Assembly: GCA_965649825.1 (NCBI GenBank)
Contig: OZ287704.1
Coordinates: 852,301 to 916,300 of the forward strand
Source: Penicillus capitatus
Lineage: Eukaryota; Plantae; Chlorophyta
Length of the DNA: 64,000 nt
Direction: 5' to 3'
The notes under the pieces are model-generated. The model was given only the letters and a program-made list of their open reading frames with translations. It made no database searches and was not told the DNA's origin. Of the stretch, positions 48,800-60,026 are shown piece after piece; position 1 is the first letter of the stretch, and every line of letters starts with the position of its first letter. A program made the translations under genes and the position numbers.

Positions 48800-49680
48800 A
48801 TGCCATTGATCGTGATGTAACCCGTTACTGTTTCTGTTAGCGATTGTTCTGCCATACACCCTTCGCACTTGAAATTCCAACGGAGGATGATGATCACGGC
48901 TGTATGTATTCGCAATCATCTGCTGGTGATCCACGGAGGACACCTGCCGTGACGTCAGATGCTCGCCAAGCCGCATACTAACGCGGAAAGAAAGCAGAAA
49001 CGAGAAACGGGCATCAAGTAGAAGGTGTTAGGTTAAAACGTAGACAGTGGTCGAAAACCTGTCGAAGTTGTTTCTTCGTAAAAATCATATACATAAACTA
49101 CGACAGCATGGTGCCATTGCGTTTGATGCTGATGCAAGAGTCATACGTCGCATCAAGACTAGAACAAAAGGAAGACGGCCGTGACCAGCGAGGAGTCAAG
49201 TAGACATCTCTGCTTCCTTGTGCTCTTTCTCAAATAGTCTCAGCATCCGATCAAAGCCACTGGGCACAAATTCACGTCCTGATGTGCGAAAAGTCCACAT
49301 CCATCACTGAAGACACGAATCCCTGATGACCAACAACCACACAAATGTCCCATTGACATTTACGCCCTGCAACGAGCACCGTATCTTGTGGACTGTCCTA
49401 GCAGCATCCAAGCGGTGCATGTTGTACGTATGGACACTACAGTCTTCGGTTAGTCACAACGAAGCTCATGGCTTCCATTGGATACCAACTCGGCGTATTG
49501 CATCATGTCTACATAATAATTTGCGAATGGGAGAGTTGATCCCATGTCGGACTGCACAATGCTGCGATCCACACAGGTACTGCCTATCAAATCCGCCTCC
49601 GCTGGATTGAACTTGATGCATGTCATCAAATCTGGTTCTCCCACAATCTCTGTGTTGGCTGTGATCGGTGATGAACCTAG
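48800..49680 (-). pseudogene. DCAF13: 5'-truncated DCAF13/Sof1 pseudogene
   Basis: EPDLMTCIKFNPAE, WYPMEAMSFV, EDCSVHTYNMHRL, SSVMDVDF and the Sof1-like RLGEHLTSRQ match DCAF13. Frameshifts and stops are present, and an intron donor is mutated to AT (AAG|ATACGG...CATCAG). Confidence 0.8.
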
Positions 49681-49843
49681 ATGTACACACTAAAGAGACA
49701 CCTATGGCAAAACAGCACTTCTGTCAATGGTGTCTAGAGCGCGATGGGACTCTCTCTTCCAGAAATGTCCAATGACACAAGTAATGTCGATAGCTACAAG
49801 AGAAGAAAGAAAGCAATCGTTAGAACAGATTTTTGTCCCGGAG

Positions 49844-49912
49844 TATCTCCCAGATGGACGCCCCCTGGTTAAACAGGATCTGTGTAACCAGGGGACGTTC
49901 ATCTGGCGGATA
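49844..49912. repeat. Long inverted repeat / hairpin (26-bp stem, 5-nt loop)
   Basis: CCAGATGGACGCCCCCTGGTTAAACA (49850-49875) pairs with TGTGTAACCAGGGGACGTTCATCTGG (49881-49906): 23/26 Watson-Crick plus one G-T. Extended by TATC/GATA. Confidence 0.9.
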
Positions 49913-50029
49913 GACCGCAGACAAAAATTGTGATACATCTCGAAACCGATAACGGTTGTCGAGAGACCCGAGTTGGTGAGTAAGAAAGATGGAAGATTTG
50001 AGAGGCGAATCACCTCCCCCAGAGAGTGC

Positions 50030-50232
50030 GGCCGATGGGCCCGAGCCCGCTCGACGCGGTGGCGAACGGATCGCCACCGCGGAGAGCCGCTTCGTCGCGG
50101 CCAGAGAGCCCGAGCCCGCTCGACGCAGACGGACTGGCCGTTGTGCGGAGCACCGCTTCGTCGCGGCAATGGGCTCGAGCCCGCTCGACGCGGCGGCGAA
50201 CGGATCGCCACCGCGGAGCGCCGCGTGGTCGC
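50030..50232. repeat. Three GC-rich 65-69 bp tandem units with internal palindromes
   Basis: GAGCCCGCTCGACGC at 50043, 50112 and 50177. Unit 1 contains the perfect stem CGCGGTGGCGA-acgga-TCGCCACCGCG. Confidence 0.85.
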
Positions 50233-50385
50233 ATCCGAACCTGCATGCACACGAACAAACAGAGGGAATGCTTTTGGGTACCTGGAGAGGTTGTCGAAGA
50301 AATCCAAGAAACTTGGCGAGTATCGTCGGACGAAGTGAATTGTTTTTTGCTGTCAAACTCGAGTTAAATAGTCTTCTGTTGTAGT

Positions 50386-50607
50386 AGATCCGACAGTTGA
50401 TCCGACGGCTGACTGGAGATCCGACGGCTGACCGGAGATCCGACGGCTGGCCCTACGGCTGGCCAGTGATCCGACAATTGATCCGACGGCTGGCCCTACG
50501 GCTGGCCAGTGATCCGACAATTGATCCGACGGCTGGCCCTACGGCTGGCCAGTGATCCGACAATTGATCCGACGGCTGGCCAGAGATCCGATCATTTTCA
50601 ACTGTCG
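50386..50607. repeat. GATCCGAC-rich minisatellite (43-bp unit x3 plus partial units) bounded by a 10-bp inverted repeat
   Basis: Unit GATCCGACGGCTGGCCCTACGGCTGGCCAGTGATCCGACAATT. CGACAGTTGA at 50391-50400 and its inverse TCAACTGTCG at 50598-50607. Confidence 0.88.
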
Positions 50608-50884
50608 TTTCATCGATGCTGCATTAGAAAGATCATAGACATTTCGCTCGCAAGCTCTTTCTTCTGCTGAGCACCACAACTCCTCAGTATCATTGGCAGG
50701 TGACCCCGGAGCCGATTCGTTTGCCATCGGCGCCAGGCCCAAGCGATCGATTGTGACTGCTGCGGATAGCGGATACATTCGAATCGGAGTCCCGATCGAG
50801 CGTCCGAAAGCGAGGAAAACAATGCTCGATTCGCCACGTCGAAGAAATCGCGCCGATCCAGTTCGATCAGATATTTAGGATCTT

Positions 50885-50908
50885 TTACAGACGAACAAAC
50901 ACATTACA
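50885..50908 (-). promoter_or_regulatory. Two TGTAA poly(A)-type signals downstream of AspRS
   Basis: TTACA on plus at 50885-50889 and 50904-50908, 50-70 nt after the AspRS stop. UGUAA is the established chlorophyte near-upstream element. Confidence 0.55.
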
Positions 50909-50957
50909 TCAAGTCAGCCACTGGCTATCACATTGATCTATACGGCCACTATCTACT

Positions 50958-52986
50958 CTACACTGTTCGCTGTTGCTCATGATCCGACAACAATCCTGTG
51001 AGCTGATCAGCATTTGGTAGAGAAGGGGCATGTGTCAGGAGACACTCAGCCTGAGTCGTCTTGGGGAAGGCAATCACATCACGAATCGATGCACTTCCTG
51101 AGAGAAGCATTGCCAGACGATCGATGCCGAAGGCGATGCCTCCATGAGGAGGGGCGCCAGAATCCAAAGCATCCAGGAGAAACCCAAACTGATCCTGCAC
51201 TTCAGACAGCGACAAGCCGATCGTCGAAAACACCTTCTCCTGCATCTCTCTCCTGTAGTTTCTAAGACTCCCGCCTCCGATCTCATTGCCATTGAACACC
51301 AGATCATAAGCCATGGCCGTGACATGATTCCATGGACCCCGTTGAGGGATGGATGAGGGCTTGGGCGCCGTGAAAGGATGGTGAAGGCATTCGAATCTTT
51401 CCTCCTCTTCGTTCCACTCTACCAACGGAAAATCGACGATCCAAACAAGGCAGTACTGGCTCTCATCTGTGTCTCCCAGTTTTTTGCCAAGGTATGTCCT
51501 TAGTCGATCCAAGCTCTTGTTCACTGTCTTTTCATTATCGGCCACAATCAACAGCAGATCTCCTGGATGTGCTTCGCATGAAGAGATGAGATCTTTGGTC
51601 TGGAAGGCGGTGAAGCCATCCAGAACTGCCTTGCTTGCGTCGATCTCTCCTTCATCTTTGATTCGAATGTAGGTCAGACCTTTTGCCCCTGCTGACTGAA
51701 TCTCTTGTCCCACATCTCCCTTTGCCTTCAGTCTTGTATTCGACAGCCGTTGACCGTCTGGAATTCTGAGAGCTTTGACACGACCTCCGGATGCAATGCT
51801 GTCCGAAAAGACTTTAAAAGAAGACGCTTCTGCTATTGGTGAGATGTCGTAGAGGCGAAAGGGACATCGCAGATCTGGCCGATCGGTACCATACGAACGC
51901 ATAGCTTCTTCGTAGGTGAGTCTAGGAAACGGTCTCCGTACGTCCACACCCTTCATCTCTGCAAAGAGTTTGCTAACCATGTCTTCGATCAACGTCAAAA
52001 TGGATTCCATGTCCATGAAGGCCATTTCCATATCCAACTGTGTGAATTCCGGCTGCCGATCGGCACGAAGGTCTTCGTCACGGAAACACCGAGCGATCTG
52101 GTAATACCTAGATTCCACACACGTATAACCTGAGTGGCTATGATGGACAGATAGATGACCTATCAAATCCCGAAACCATGAGCATCTGTTTGAAGAGTTG
52201 CGGGCTCTGCGGAAGCGCATAATATTTTCCGGGCCGATTGCGTGAGGGGACGAGATAGTCACGTGCACCTTCGGGTGTCGCTTTTGTCAGAATGGGTGTC
52301 TCGATTTCGACGAATTCAGCCTCGTCCTCCAGATACCGTCGCAAACATTTCACCATTCTGTGACGCAAACGGAGATTTGCTGCCATGACGGGACGCCTCA
52401 GATCCAAAATCTTCTCCCTCAGCCGTATCTCTTCTCCCGGCATCTCTGTCTCTTCCGACCCGCTAATGGAAAAGGGCAAGATTTTCTTCATCGTGTTGAG
52501 CAGGGTGATGTGACAGGCCACAATTTCGAAGGAGCCGGTTGGAAGTAGAGGATTGGGTTGCATCCGCTGACGAACCTTTCCCGAAATACAGACAACGGAT
52601 TCCAACTTGAGCTCACGGCCTGCGGTCCAGACATCTGGCTGCGATGCACGATCTGTAGTGACTTGAACAATGCCACTCTGATCTCGAATATCCAAAAAGA
52701 GTATCTGACCGTGATCTCGACGTCGATCCACCCAGCCACAGATCTGAACCTCACGATCCACCATTTCATGCCCTACCTCTCCACAGTACAACGATCGACG
52801 TGGCCACGTTATCTCTGCCTCTCGTCCAGTCTTTTCCGAAACGCTAGTGGCGACACTCGATGCGTCTCGCTCGGCATGGCATCGAAATGTGAATGTCTTC
52901 GACGATCTGTGCAAGGCCAGCATCCGTGGTCGGAGCGTTTGTGTGACAATTGGCGGCAATCGCATGAGTGATCGGCACAGCATCAT
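50958..52986 (-). CDS. aspS: Organellar (bacterial-type) aspartyl-tRNA synthetase
   Basis: Transit peptide, OB-fold (GWVDRRRDHG), [57 protein letters not shown], GAD insert, GAPPHGGIAFGIDR. One intron. Confidence 0.97.
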
Positions 52987-52989
52987 CGC

Positions 52990-53483
52990 TTAATTGATGT
53001 AGACGATGAAGAAAACCAAAAGCAACGTCAGGAATGAATACTTGAAGGCAGTCGCTGCAATGGAGAAGCAAACGACGATCAAACGCAGTCCAATATTCAC
53101 CGTCGCTGCAAAGATCAACACGCCGATGCCCAAAGCAACGATCTCCTGCAAATTGTTGACGGGCCCGGAATCGTACTGACACATCTCACGGGGTCAGTAA
53201 CGAAACGCCTGTCTTTCAGACGCACTTCGAAAAGGTCGAGCTCTTCGCGCAGCTCTTCTTCAGTAAGAAGATCAATAGGTTCCCAGTTATCCTCCGATGC
53301 TTCTTCAAACACTTCGACGTCGTCCCAGTCTGTCGGCGTCGACGTCAGAGGACGGCAGCAGGTGCGACGAATAGGGGTTAGGTATAGTCGCTTCAGCAGT
53401 CGTCGACAAGGGATACGTGATCGGGGGACGGGCGCGACACGACGAGGCACAGAAGTGGTCGGCGAAACACGAATGCTTAACAT
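52990..53483 (-). CDS. 150-aa uncharacterised membrane protein, likely plastid-targeted
   Basis: ATG 53483. Arg/Ser-rich transit peptide, acidic patch, 41-nt intron 53225-53185, then two TM helices and TAA at 52990-52992. Confidence 0.7.
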
Positions 53484-53813
53484 ATGAAGGCGTTCTACGT
53501 TACGCCATCAAGTGTTAGATGAAGGATGTGAATGAAGGGCAACTAAGCTAGACAGAGTGGGAGATGAAATCCTTGGCAGGGAGGGCATCTCTGTTGGACC
53601 TCGGGAATAGAAAACAGCAAAAGATCATCGCCAAGTAATACCAGTGTTCTGTTGATCTTGCAGGTTTCGTTCTACGTCAGCAATAGAAATTGAATTGGGT
53701 GACAACGATGGCAGAAGGGTTAGAAAGGATGCACGTCCGAGTGTTGTTTCGTAGGTTCAAATGAGGTGAGATGAAATGAAATACTTCTACGCAATGATCG
53801 CTTGGTCAGCGGC

Positions 53814-54917
53814 CTACGGCTTGACTCTACAGACAGCCAAGCCATCCGCTGCAGGAATTAGCCAGTAATGCACTCTTTCATCAGAAAATAGTTTTCTATT
53901 TAATCCTCTCATGAAGCACGTCACTTCGTCGTGAGCCTGTTCGCATGATAGATGAATGCTTCACAGGTATTGTGGAGTGAAAGAGAGTAGATACCTTTGA
54001 GTTGGCGACTTGTGAAAAATTGAGGACGTTGTCCATCACAATCAAGCCTCCAGGCTTCACGAGCAGCAAAAGTTTCTCGTAGTAGACATCGTAGTTGAGT
54101 TTGTCGGCATCTGTATTGCCAGAGAAGAAATGACGATTGCCGAGATCCGGGGAGAGAGATGAGAGTTACCGATAAATGCCAGATCGACTTTCTGTGAGTA
54201 TCCTTCTTGATGCAGGCAGTCCAGTACCATTGCAGCATCGCCAAGGCGAGCATCGATCTATACACAGGCTTGCAGGATGCTGCCGGGCACAGGTGTTCGA
54301 TGGTCACACTTTCTGTAGGACGTGCGCCTTTCTCCAGTATCTCTTCGCCATTTCCAAATACTTATCTCGTTGGTCAATTGTGATCACAAGCCCGTCGTTA
54401 GGTATTGACTGCCAGCACAACAAAACAGCACTTGTTCAGTACAGTGTTGTGTGGCAAAGATCGACAACCAAGGCGAATTGCAAGGCCGAAAGGCCAGTGT
54501 AAGTACCAATATCCACAATGCACTTTGCTTGTGTGAGTTGAGCGAGCATTGCCATCACAGGTAACTGATCAATTGTTGTGGCCATGACGGAGTCCGGCAG
54601 CAATAACGTCTCATTCCTTAAATCGCGTATTACCTAAAGCCCCTCCCTCTGTGCGTCACGCCTCGCTACATCGCCGAAGCTGACTTGATCCACAGAGGAA
54701 TGATCCACGATGTAGTCATGAAGACTGCTCTGTAAATCCGGTTGACTCCACACTTTCTTGTGTAGCATTTTGTCATCCACTGCCATCTGAAGACAGAGTC
54801 TGCGCAACAGATCTCGATGCGACGTGTTTCGGACTGGGAATGGCTGTTGACAGACTTGGCGTTCAGAGGCATGTCGCTGTTGTCTTCAAGTGACGCCTGC
54901 GATACATAGATGCCCAT
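53814..54917 (-). CDS. Class I SAM O-methyltransferase (caffeoyl-CoA OMT / Methyltransf_3), paralog 1
   Basis: IVDIGTYTGLSALQF, DADKLNYDVYYEKLLLLVKPGGLIVMDNVL, IPAADGLAVC. Start codon uncertain. Confidence 0.88.
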
Positions 54918-55230
54918 CCGTTCACTTACGAAAGGAGGTCCAGACGACCGTGTTCTTTGATGGAAAACATGCTCCAGTCGTCATAGCTGTCGAAGTCGAT
55001 GTCTCGGTCGGAGGTTTGTACAGTGAAGCGTGGCTCTGAACGGACAGGAGACAAAAGGTTTCGCAAAATAGAAGCAGACGACGGCCAACCGTAATCCTCT
55101 CTGCCTCGAAATCGATTGTCATTCGTTCTATTTTTCTTGATCGCAGTCATCGTCCGGCATATATCGAAGGACGTTCGAGGTATCCTGCCTACAGTCTGTT
55201 CAAGAACGAGCCTGTTGGGCCACACGTACG

Positions 55231-56003
55231 ATGACTGAGGTCAGATGTGCGTCCTGCTGAACGAGAAGATGGATAGAAGTTGCTTTGCAGTACTGGAAGT
55301 CTACGCCCAAACATTGGTGTGATGTGTGTCGAGTGTGGATAGCGGACACACCAAGGATCATCAAAGAGCATGAACGCAGTGTACTGCATCAGGAGAAGCT
55401 CAGCAAACGTCGCTGTCAAGCATGAATGCACATATGTGTGATTCTGTGTGATAACAGGCCTTGAATCGCTGCGGAGAGAAGCAGATAAAGAAGCAAACGA
55501 GGCGGCACGTGTAAAAAGGACGGTGCATGACATCGAAAGCAAGGCCTTCGCTGCTTATGCTGCCGATCTGAAGGAACAGGGAGACTACAGACCACTGGCT
55601 CCCAAACCTGCAAAGAAGATTGCCCCAGCGGCACCACCTTTGCACAAAGTGGAGTCGCACTCCTGGGCAAACGGCTGTTGGCACTGTGATGAATCTAGGA
55701 GAAACGAAAGATAACATTAGATGTACCCAAGCATCCACTCGCAGATATCGGTGGCTATTCTATGCCAAAGTCAGGGAAAATTGGAGGGCAGCAGAGCAAG
55801 GTGGTCCGGGATAAAGTTCCTACCCACAAAGTAACTGGATTTCTCTTTCCTGCCTGATGGAGTGCGGAACGGAGTGGTGTGGCTGAGTGCAGAGCAAAAA
55901 GATTCGAATCCACGAGAACGAAGAGGAGAAAGCCAAGAGACTGCGACGTGAAGCTCAGGAGCGAGTAAAGCAAAGAAACATGTTGAATTTTGGCCTTGGC
56001 TGA
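55231..56003 (+). CDS. U1/matrin-type zinc-finger protein (WBP4/ZOP1-like)
   Basis: MTEYWKSTPKHWCDVCRVWIADTPRIIKEHERSVLHQ after removal of a phase-0 intron. TGTAA at 56148. Confidence 0.8.
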
Positions 56004-56231
56004 CAATACCACTCAAATGTCAGCGATCCATCAAGCAAGAGGTGTCGATCCACCCGGTCTCACATTCTCAGGCTCGAATTTTGAAGATCAAGAGCGTAGC
56101 GCTATATATGAGAGGGTGTATGAAAACGGAGCCGGAGGACGGAATCGTGTAACAGTGAACGTCTGCGTTTCTCGTGCTAACGACGCAAGCAAGGGGCATT
56201 CCATTTGCCAACCCTCTAAGTGCAGAATCTC

Positions 56232-57221
56232 TCAGTCTTCTTCCATCTCCATCAGCGTTGCAATTCTCTTTTCCAATGCCTCCTTCTTTTCTGCATGGGT
56301 CATCTTTAACGTTCGATAGGCTGGCCATCCACCAGCAGGCGCTGCTTTCTTTGATGCTTTCTTGGATGATGGATCAGCACGAATCTTCTGATGTGCTGTC
56401 TGGTAGATGGTCTCCAGATCATCTGCCTCGACGCCTGCCGCAATGTACTTCGAAAACTGACTCTGATACTTGTCTGGATCATCCTCTTTCAATTGGTTCA
56501 TGTACTCGGCCACGTGACTACCGTAGATGTGTGCCTTCAACACTTCGGCATCCAACTGTTTTGCCTCCGTATCGTACCCAACGAAACGTTTTTCACTGTG
56601 CGGAATGTCCAGTCCACCATCCAATGCACCCTAGATGTGACCTCGAATTCAGATCACACTGTATCCGATCTTCGCCACATACCTTGAGACAGGCGAAGAC
56701 TTTGGCGCCTGTCGAGGTCTTGACGAGTCCCGTATCCAGAATACAATAGAAAGGCTTGCGTTCTCCTTCTTCTTCGACATTGTAATCTTCACCAGTGGCC
56801 TCTTCCAGGCCAACATAAGTTGAAGCTAATCCCAACTGACTCAACAGACGTCGTGCCAAAAGTAGACCGACACAGTATCCAGCTGCATAGTTCGTCAAAC
56901 CCACTTTGACGCCGTAACGTGGGAGTTCATGAGCGTAGGCCGCTGTCACAACGACATCGCCTTGGAGTGTGGCATATGTGATCTGGCAGATGATATCTTT
57001 GTTTGTGAAGCGCACGACCATTCTGTGTCAGGAGCTACGCTTTACAGGGAGTGCGAACGATTCGAAACACACCGGTAGCGCGGGCAGTTGTATTTGTTCT
57101 TGTCTTGACGGCACATGGCCCGACGAGCGCGGTAATCGGTCTTGCCCTGGCGACGTCGTTTAGGCTTGACCTGAAAGCGACTGAAATATGCAGCATTCTT
57201 GACGACCTTGACGTAGCCCAT
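56232..57221 (-). CDS. RPL5: 60S ribosomal protein L5 (uL18)
   Basis: [67 protein letters not shown]. Confidence 0.98.
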
Positions 57222-57534
57222 AGCTCCAGAGACGATAAAGCCGCCGCCGATAAGGCAAAGACCCACAGATGATGTGACCCGTCGATCGCCTTTGTACACA
57301 CACCACTACCATCTATCATATTATCCGAGTTCAGCAGTCTGCGACCTTTGCGCCGAATAGAGCAGATCAAAGTACTTCCAATGCAAATGCAAATTGGAAA
57401 AGACGACGAGCACGTGAAGTCCAGATGTGCTGGATGTCGAAATGGCGTTGCACGTCTCTTGTCGAGTACAGAAAGAGATCAAACCACCTTCTGTATGAGT
57501 GACATGCTTTAGAAGAGCGACGCAACAGAGAACA

Positions 57535-58473
57535 ATGTGTGGGAAGTCGTGGAATCAGCCGCATTTACAGACAAAGCTCTATAACTACATCACAGCGCAC
57601 TCTCGTGTGCCAGATGTGAACGAGAAACCAAGGAATGAGGATATCCCACTGGAATGTGTGATGTTCAGGTAGTTCGGCAACTCAAAGAAGAGACAACAAC
57701 TGTCAAACAGTCGAGAATGGCAGCTTTGGTAGATCAGCTACCCGTTATGTCCATGCTTGCCAGGACAATCCAAGCAAAAAACATCGTTGATCTCGGAACG
57801 TTTACTGGCGTCTCGGCACTGCATTTTGCATTGGTAACTAAGAAACATGACTATCTGCTGCAATGGAGTATTGAGGCCGATGTTTCACGGATAGACGATT
57901 CCGGATGACGGCCAGGTAATCACTGTTGATGTAAGTGAGAAACATTTATCACTGGCGACAAAGTACTGGGAGAAAGCAGGTGTCCAACACAAGGTCCAAA
58001 CACCCCTCAGTCGACTTGGCTTTAAGCGCACCCGAGTCTTGTGGCAGATAAAATTCAGAAAGGGAGATGCATGTGACATTCTCGATGCGTTATCCGAAGA
58101 AGGCCACGGGCAAAAAATCGATCTAGCCTTCGTCGGTCATCACTCAGTTCCACAGGAATCCATCTGCAAACGCATCTCTGTTCCTAGATGCCAATAAAGT
58201 TGGCTATGATGCTATGTACGAGCGTCTACTGAAGCTTGTTCGTCCCAAAGGGATCGTTATCTTCGACAATGTGCTCTGGTATGCTCGTGTCGCAGATGAA
58301 GAGGTATGTCTCATTCATTCATCCGTGAAAATCTGGACAGCAATGTGGTTTAGGCCAGTGATAAGATCACCAATTCTTTTCGTGCTTTGAACAAGAAGCT
58401 CTTGCTTGACGAGCGCATCGACTTTACATTGATTCCCTCGGCGGATGGACTAGCTGTCTGCGAAATTCGATGA
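57535..58473 (+). CDS. Class I SAM O-methyltransferase, paralog 2
   Basis: IVDLGTFTGVSALHF, FVDANKVGY, FDNVLWY, IPSADGLAVC. Intron layout appears to match paralog 1. Confidence 0.88.
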
Positions 58474-58555
58474 AAAAGCTCTTTGGTAAGGAGTGAAATC
58501 GTTCGTTGACCCTAGGGTGACATGTCGCAGTATTATTCTTGGAATCATCTGCGGT

Positions 58556-60026
58556 ATGCAATTCGCATCGTGCGTTGACAATCGGATCGGCGTCTGCCGT
58601 TCCTTTCTTCTGTCTCAAAGAACGGCACCGCGTACGTATGATAAGACGCATCGATCGCCGTTCGGCGCAGAAACCGCAAGCGATGTCTCTCTGAGTGAGT
58701 GCGATCAAAAGAGATAACGATAGTCGCACTGCTGCCGTATGTGAAGGGAGTTCCACATGGCGAATCTATGCTCAGGAAAAGACAGAGCAGACGGAAGAGA
58801 GCACAGCAAAAGCGACGAACAACGCCAAGGCGGCTCAGCTGTTGGGGATTCGTGGAGCGAGTCAGGAGGACAACATTTGGAAGATCCGCCTTCAACTGAC
58901 AAAACCCGTAACATGGGTGCCACTCATTTGGGGTGCAGCAGTCCTGGCTCCGGCGACTCTTTTATATAGAGAATCATCTAGGCGTGGTCTGTGGCGCGGC
59001 AGCATCGGGTCAATTTGAATGGAATGTTGAAGATGTTGCAAAATCGTTGACGACGATGATATTATCTGCTCCTTTGATGACAGGTAATGCAGAATGTGTG
59101 ATCATTCGTTAAGGGCTCTCCCTCTGCAATAGGGTACACCCAGACAATGAATGACTGGTTCGATCGCGAAATCGATGCCATTAACGAACCGTACCGTCCC
59201 ATTCCTTCAGGCACAGCCAACCGCCTACCTCACTCTTACATGTGAACGGCGACGTCTTCGAATTGCAGGTGCGATATCAGAGACGGATGTCATCGTGCAG
59301 ATTTGGACATTGCTCTTGGGCGGATTGGCCCTCGCCTATGGATTGGATGTTTGGGCACAACATGATTTTCCGAGTGTCCTGTCCATCGCTGTCTTCGGTT
59401 CACTGATCTCCTATATCTACTCTGCGCCTCCTTTGAAACTCAAGCAATCGGGTTGGTTGGGGAACTATGCCCTTGGTTCTTCCTACATCGCTCTTCCCTG
59501 GTGGGCTGGCCAGGTACACCGCCTCATCTCGAAAAACACATATCGACGCATACATCATGAAATGGACAGGCTGTTTTTGGAAAGTTGACACCCGATGTCA
59601 TGCTTTTCACCATTCTTTATTCTGTTGCTGGACTGGGCATCGCCATCGTCAACGATTTTAAGAGCATCGAAGGCGACAGGTCCTCGTCCACTAGCAAAAC
59701 ACAATCTCACCTCCATTTTTTACAGGGCCATGGGATTGCAGTCCCTCCCAGTCGCATTTGGCGTGGACACAGCAAAGTGGATTTGCGTTGCAAGTGTCGA
59801 TGTGACGCAGCTCTGTGTGGCTGCTTACCTCTATTTTGGTCTAGACATAAAGACGAACACTTATATCTTGCTGGGTCTGATTCTGCCACAGATCTTTTTC
59901 CAGTTCAAGTACTTTCTGCCCGATCCAGTGGCTAACGATGTGCGCTATCAAGCAAGTTCGCAACCCTTCTTCATATTCGGTCTCCTTACTACAGCTTTGG
60001 CATTCGGTCAAAGAACGGCGATGTAA
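58556..60026 (+). CDS. chlG: Chlorophyll synthase
   Basis: WKIRLQLTKPVTWVPLIWGVVCGAAASG, NDWFDREIDAINEPYRPIPSGAIS, YSAPPLKLKQSGW, NDFKSIEGDR, NDVRYQASSQPF. GC-AG intron 59211-59268. TGTAA overlaps the stop. Confidence 0.97.

Noticed and set aside
50386-50607. CRISPR-like appearance of the GATCCGAC array
   Set aside because: The intervening sequences are repeated rather than unique spacers, there are no cas genes, and the context is eukaryotic.
50958-52986. Bacterial-type AspRS as horizontal transfer
   Set aside because: It has a transit peptide and an intron, as expected for the normal nuclear-encoded organellar enzyme.
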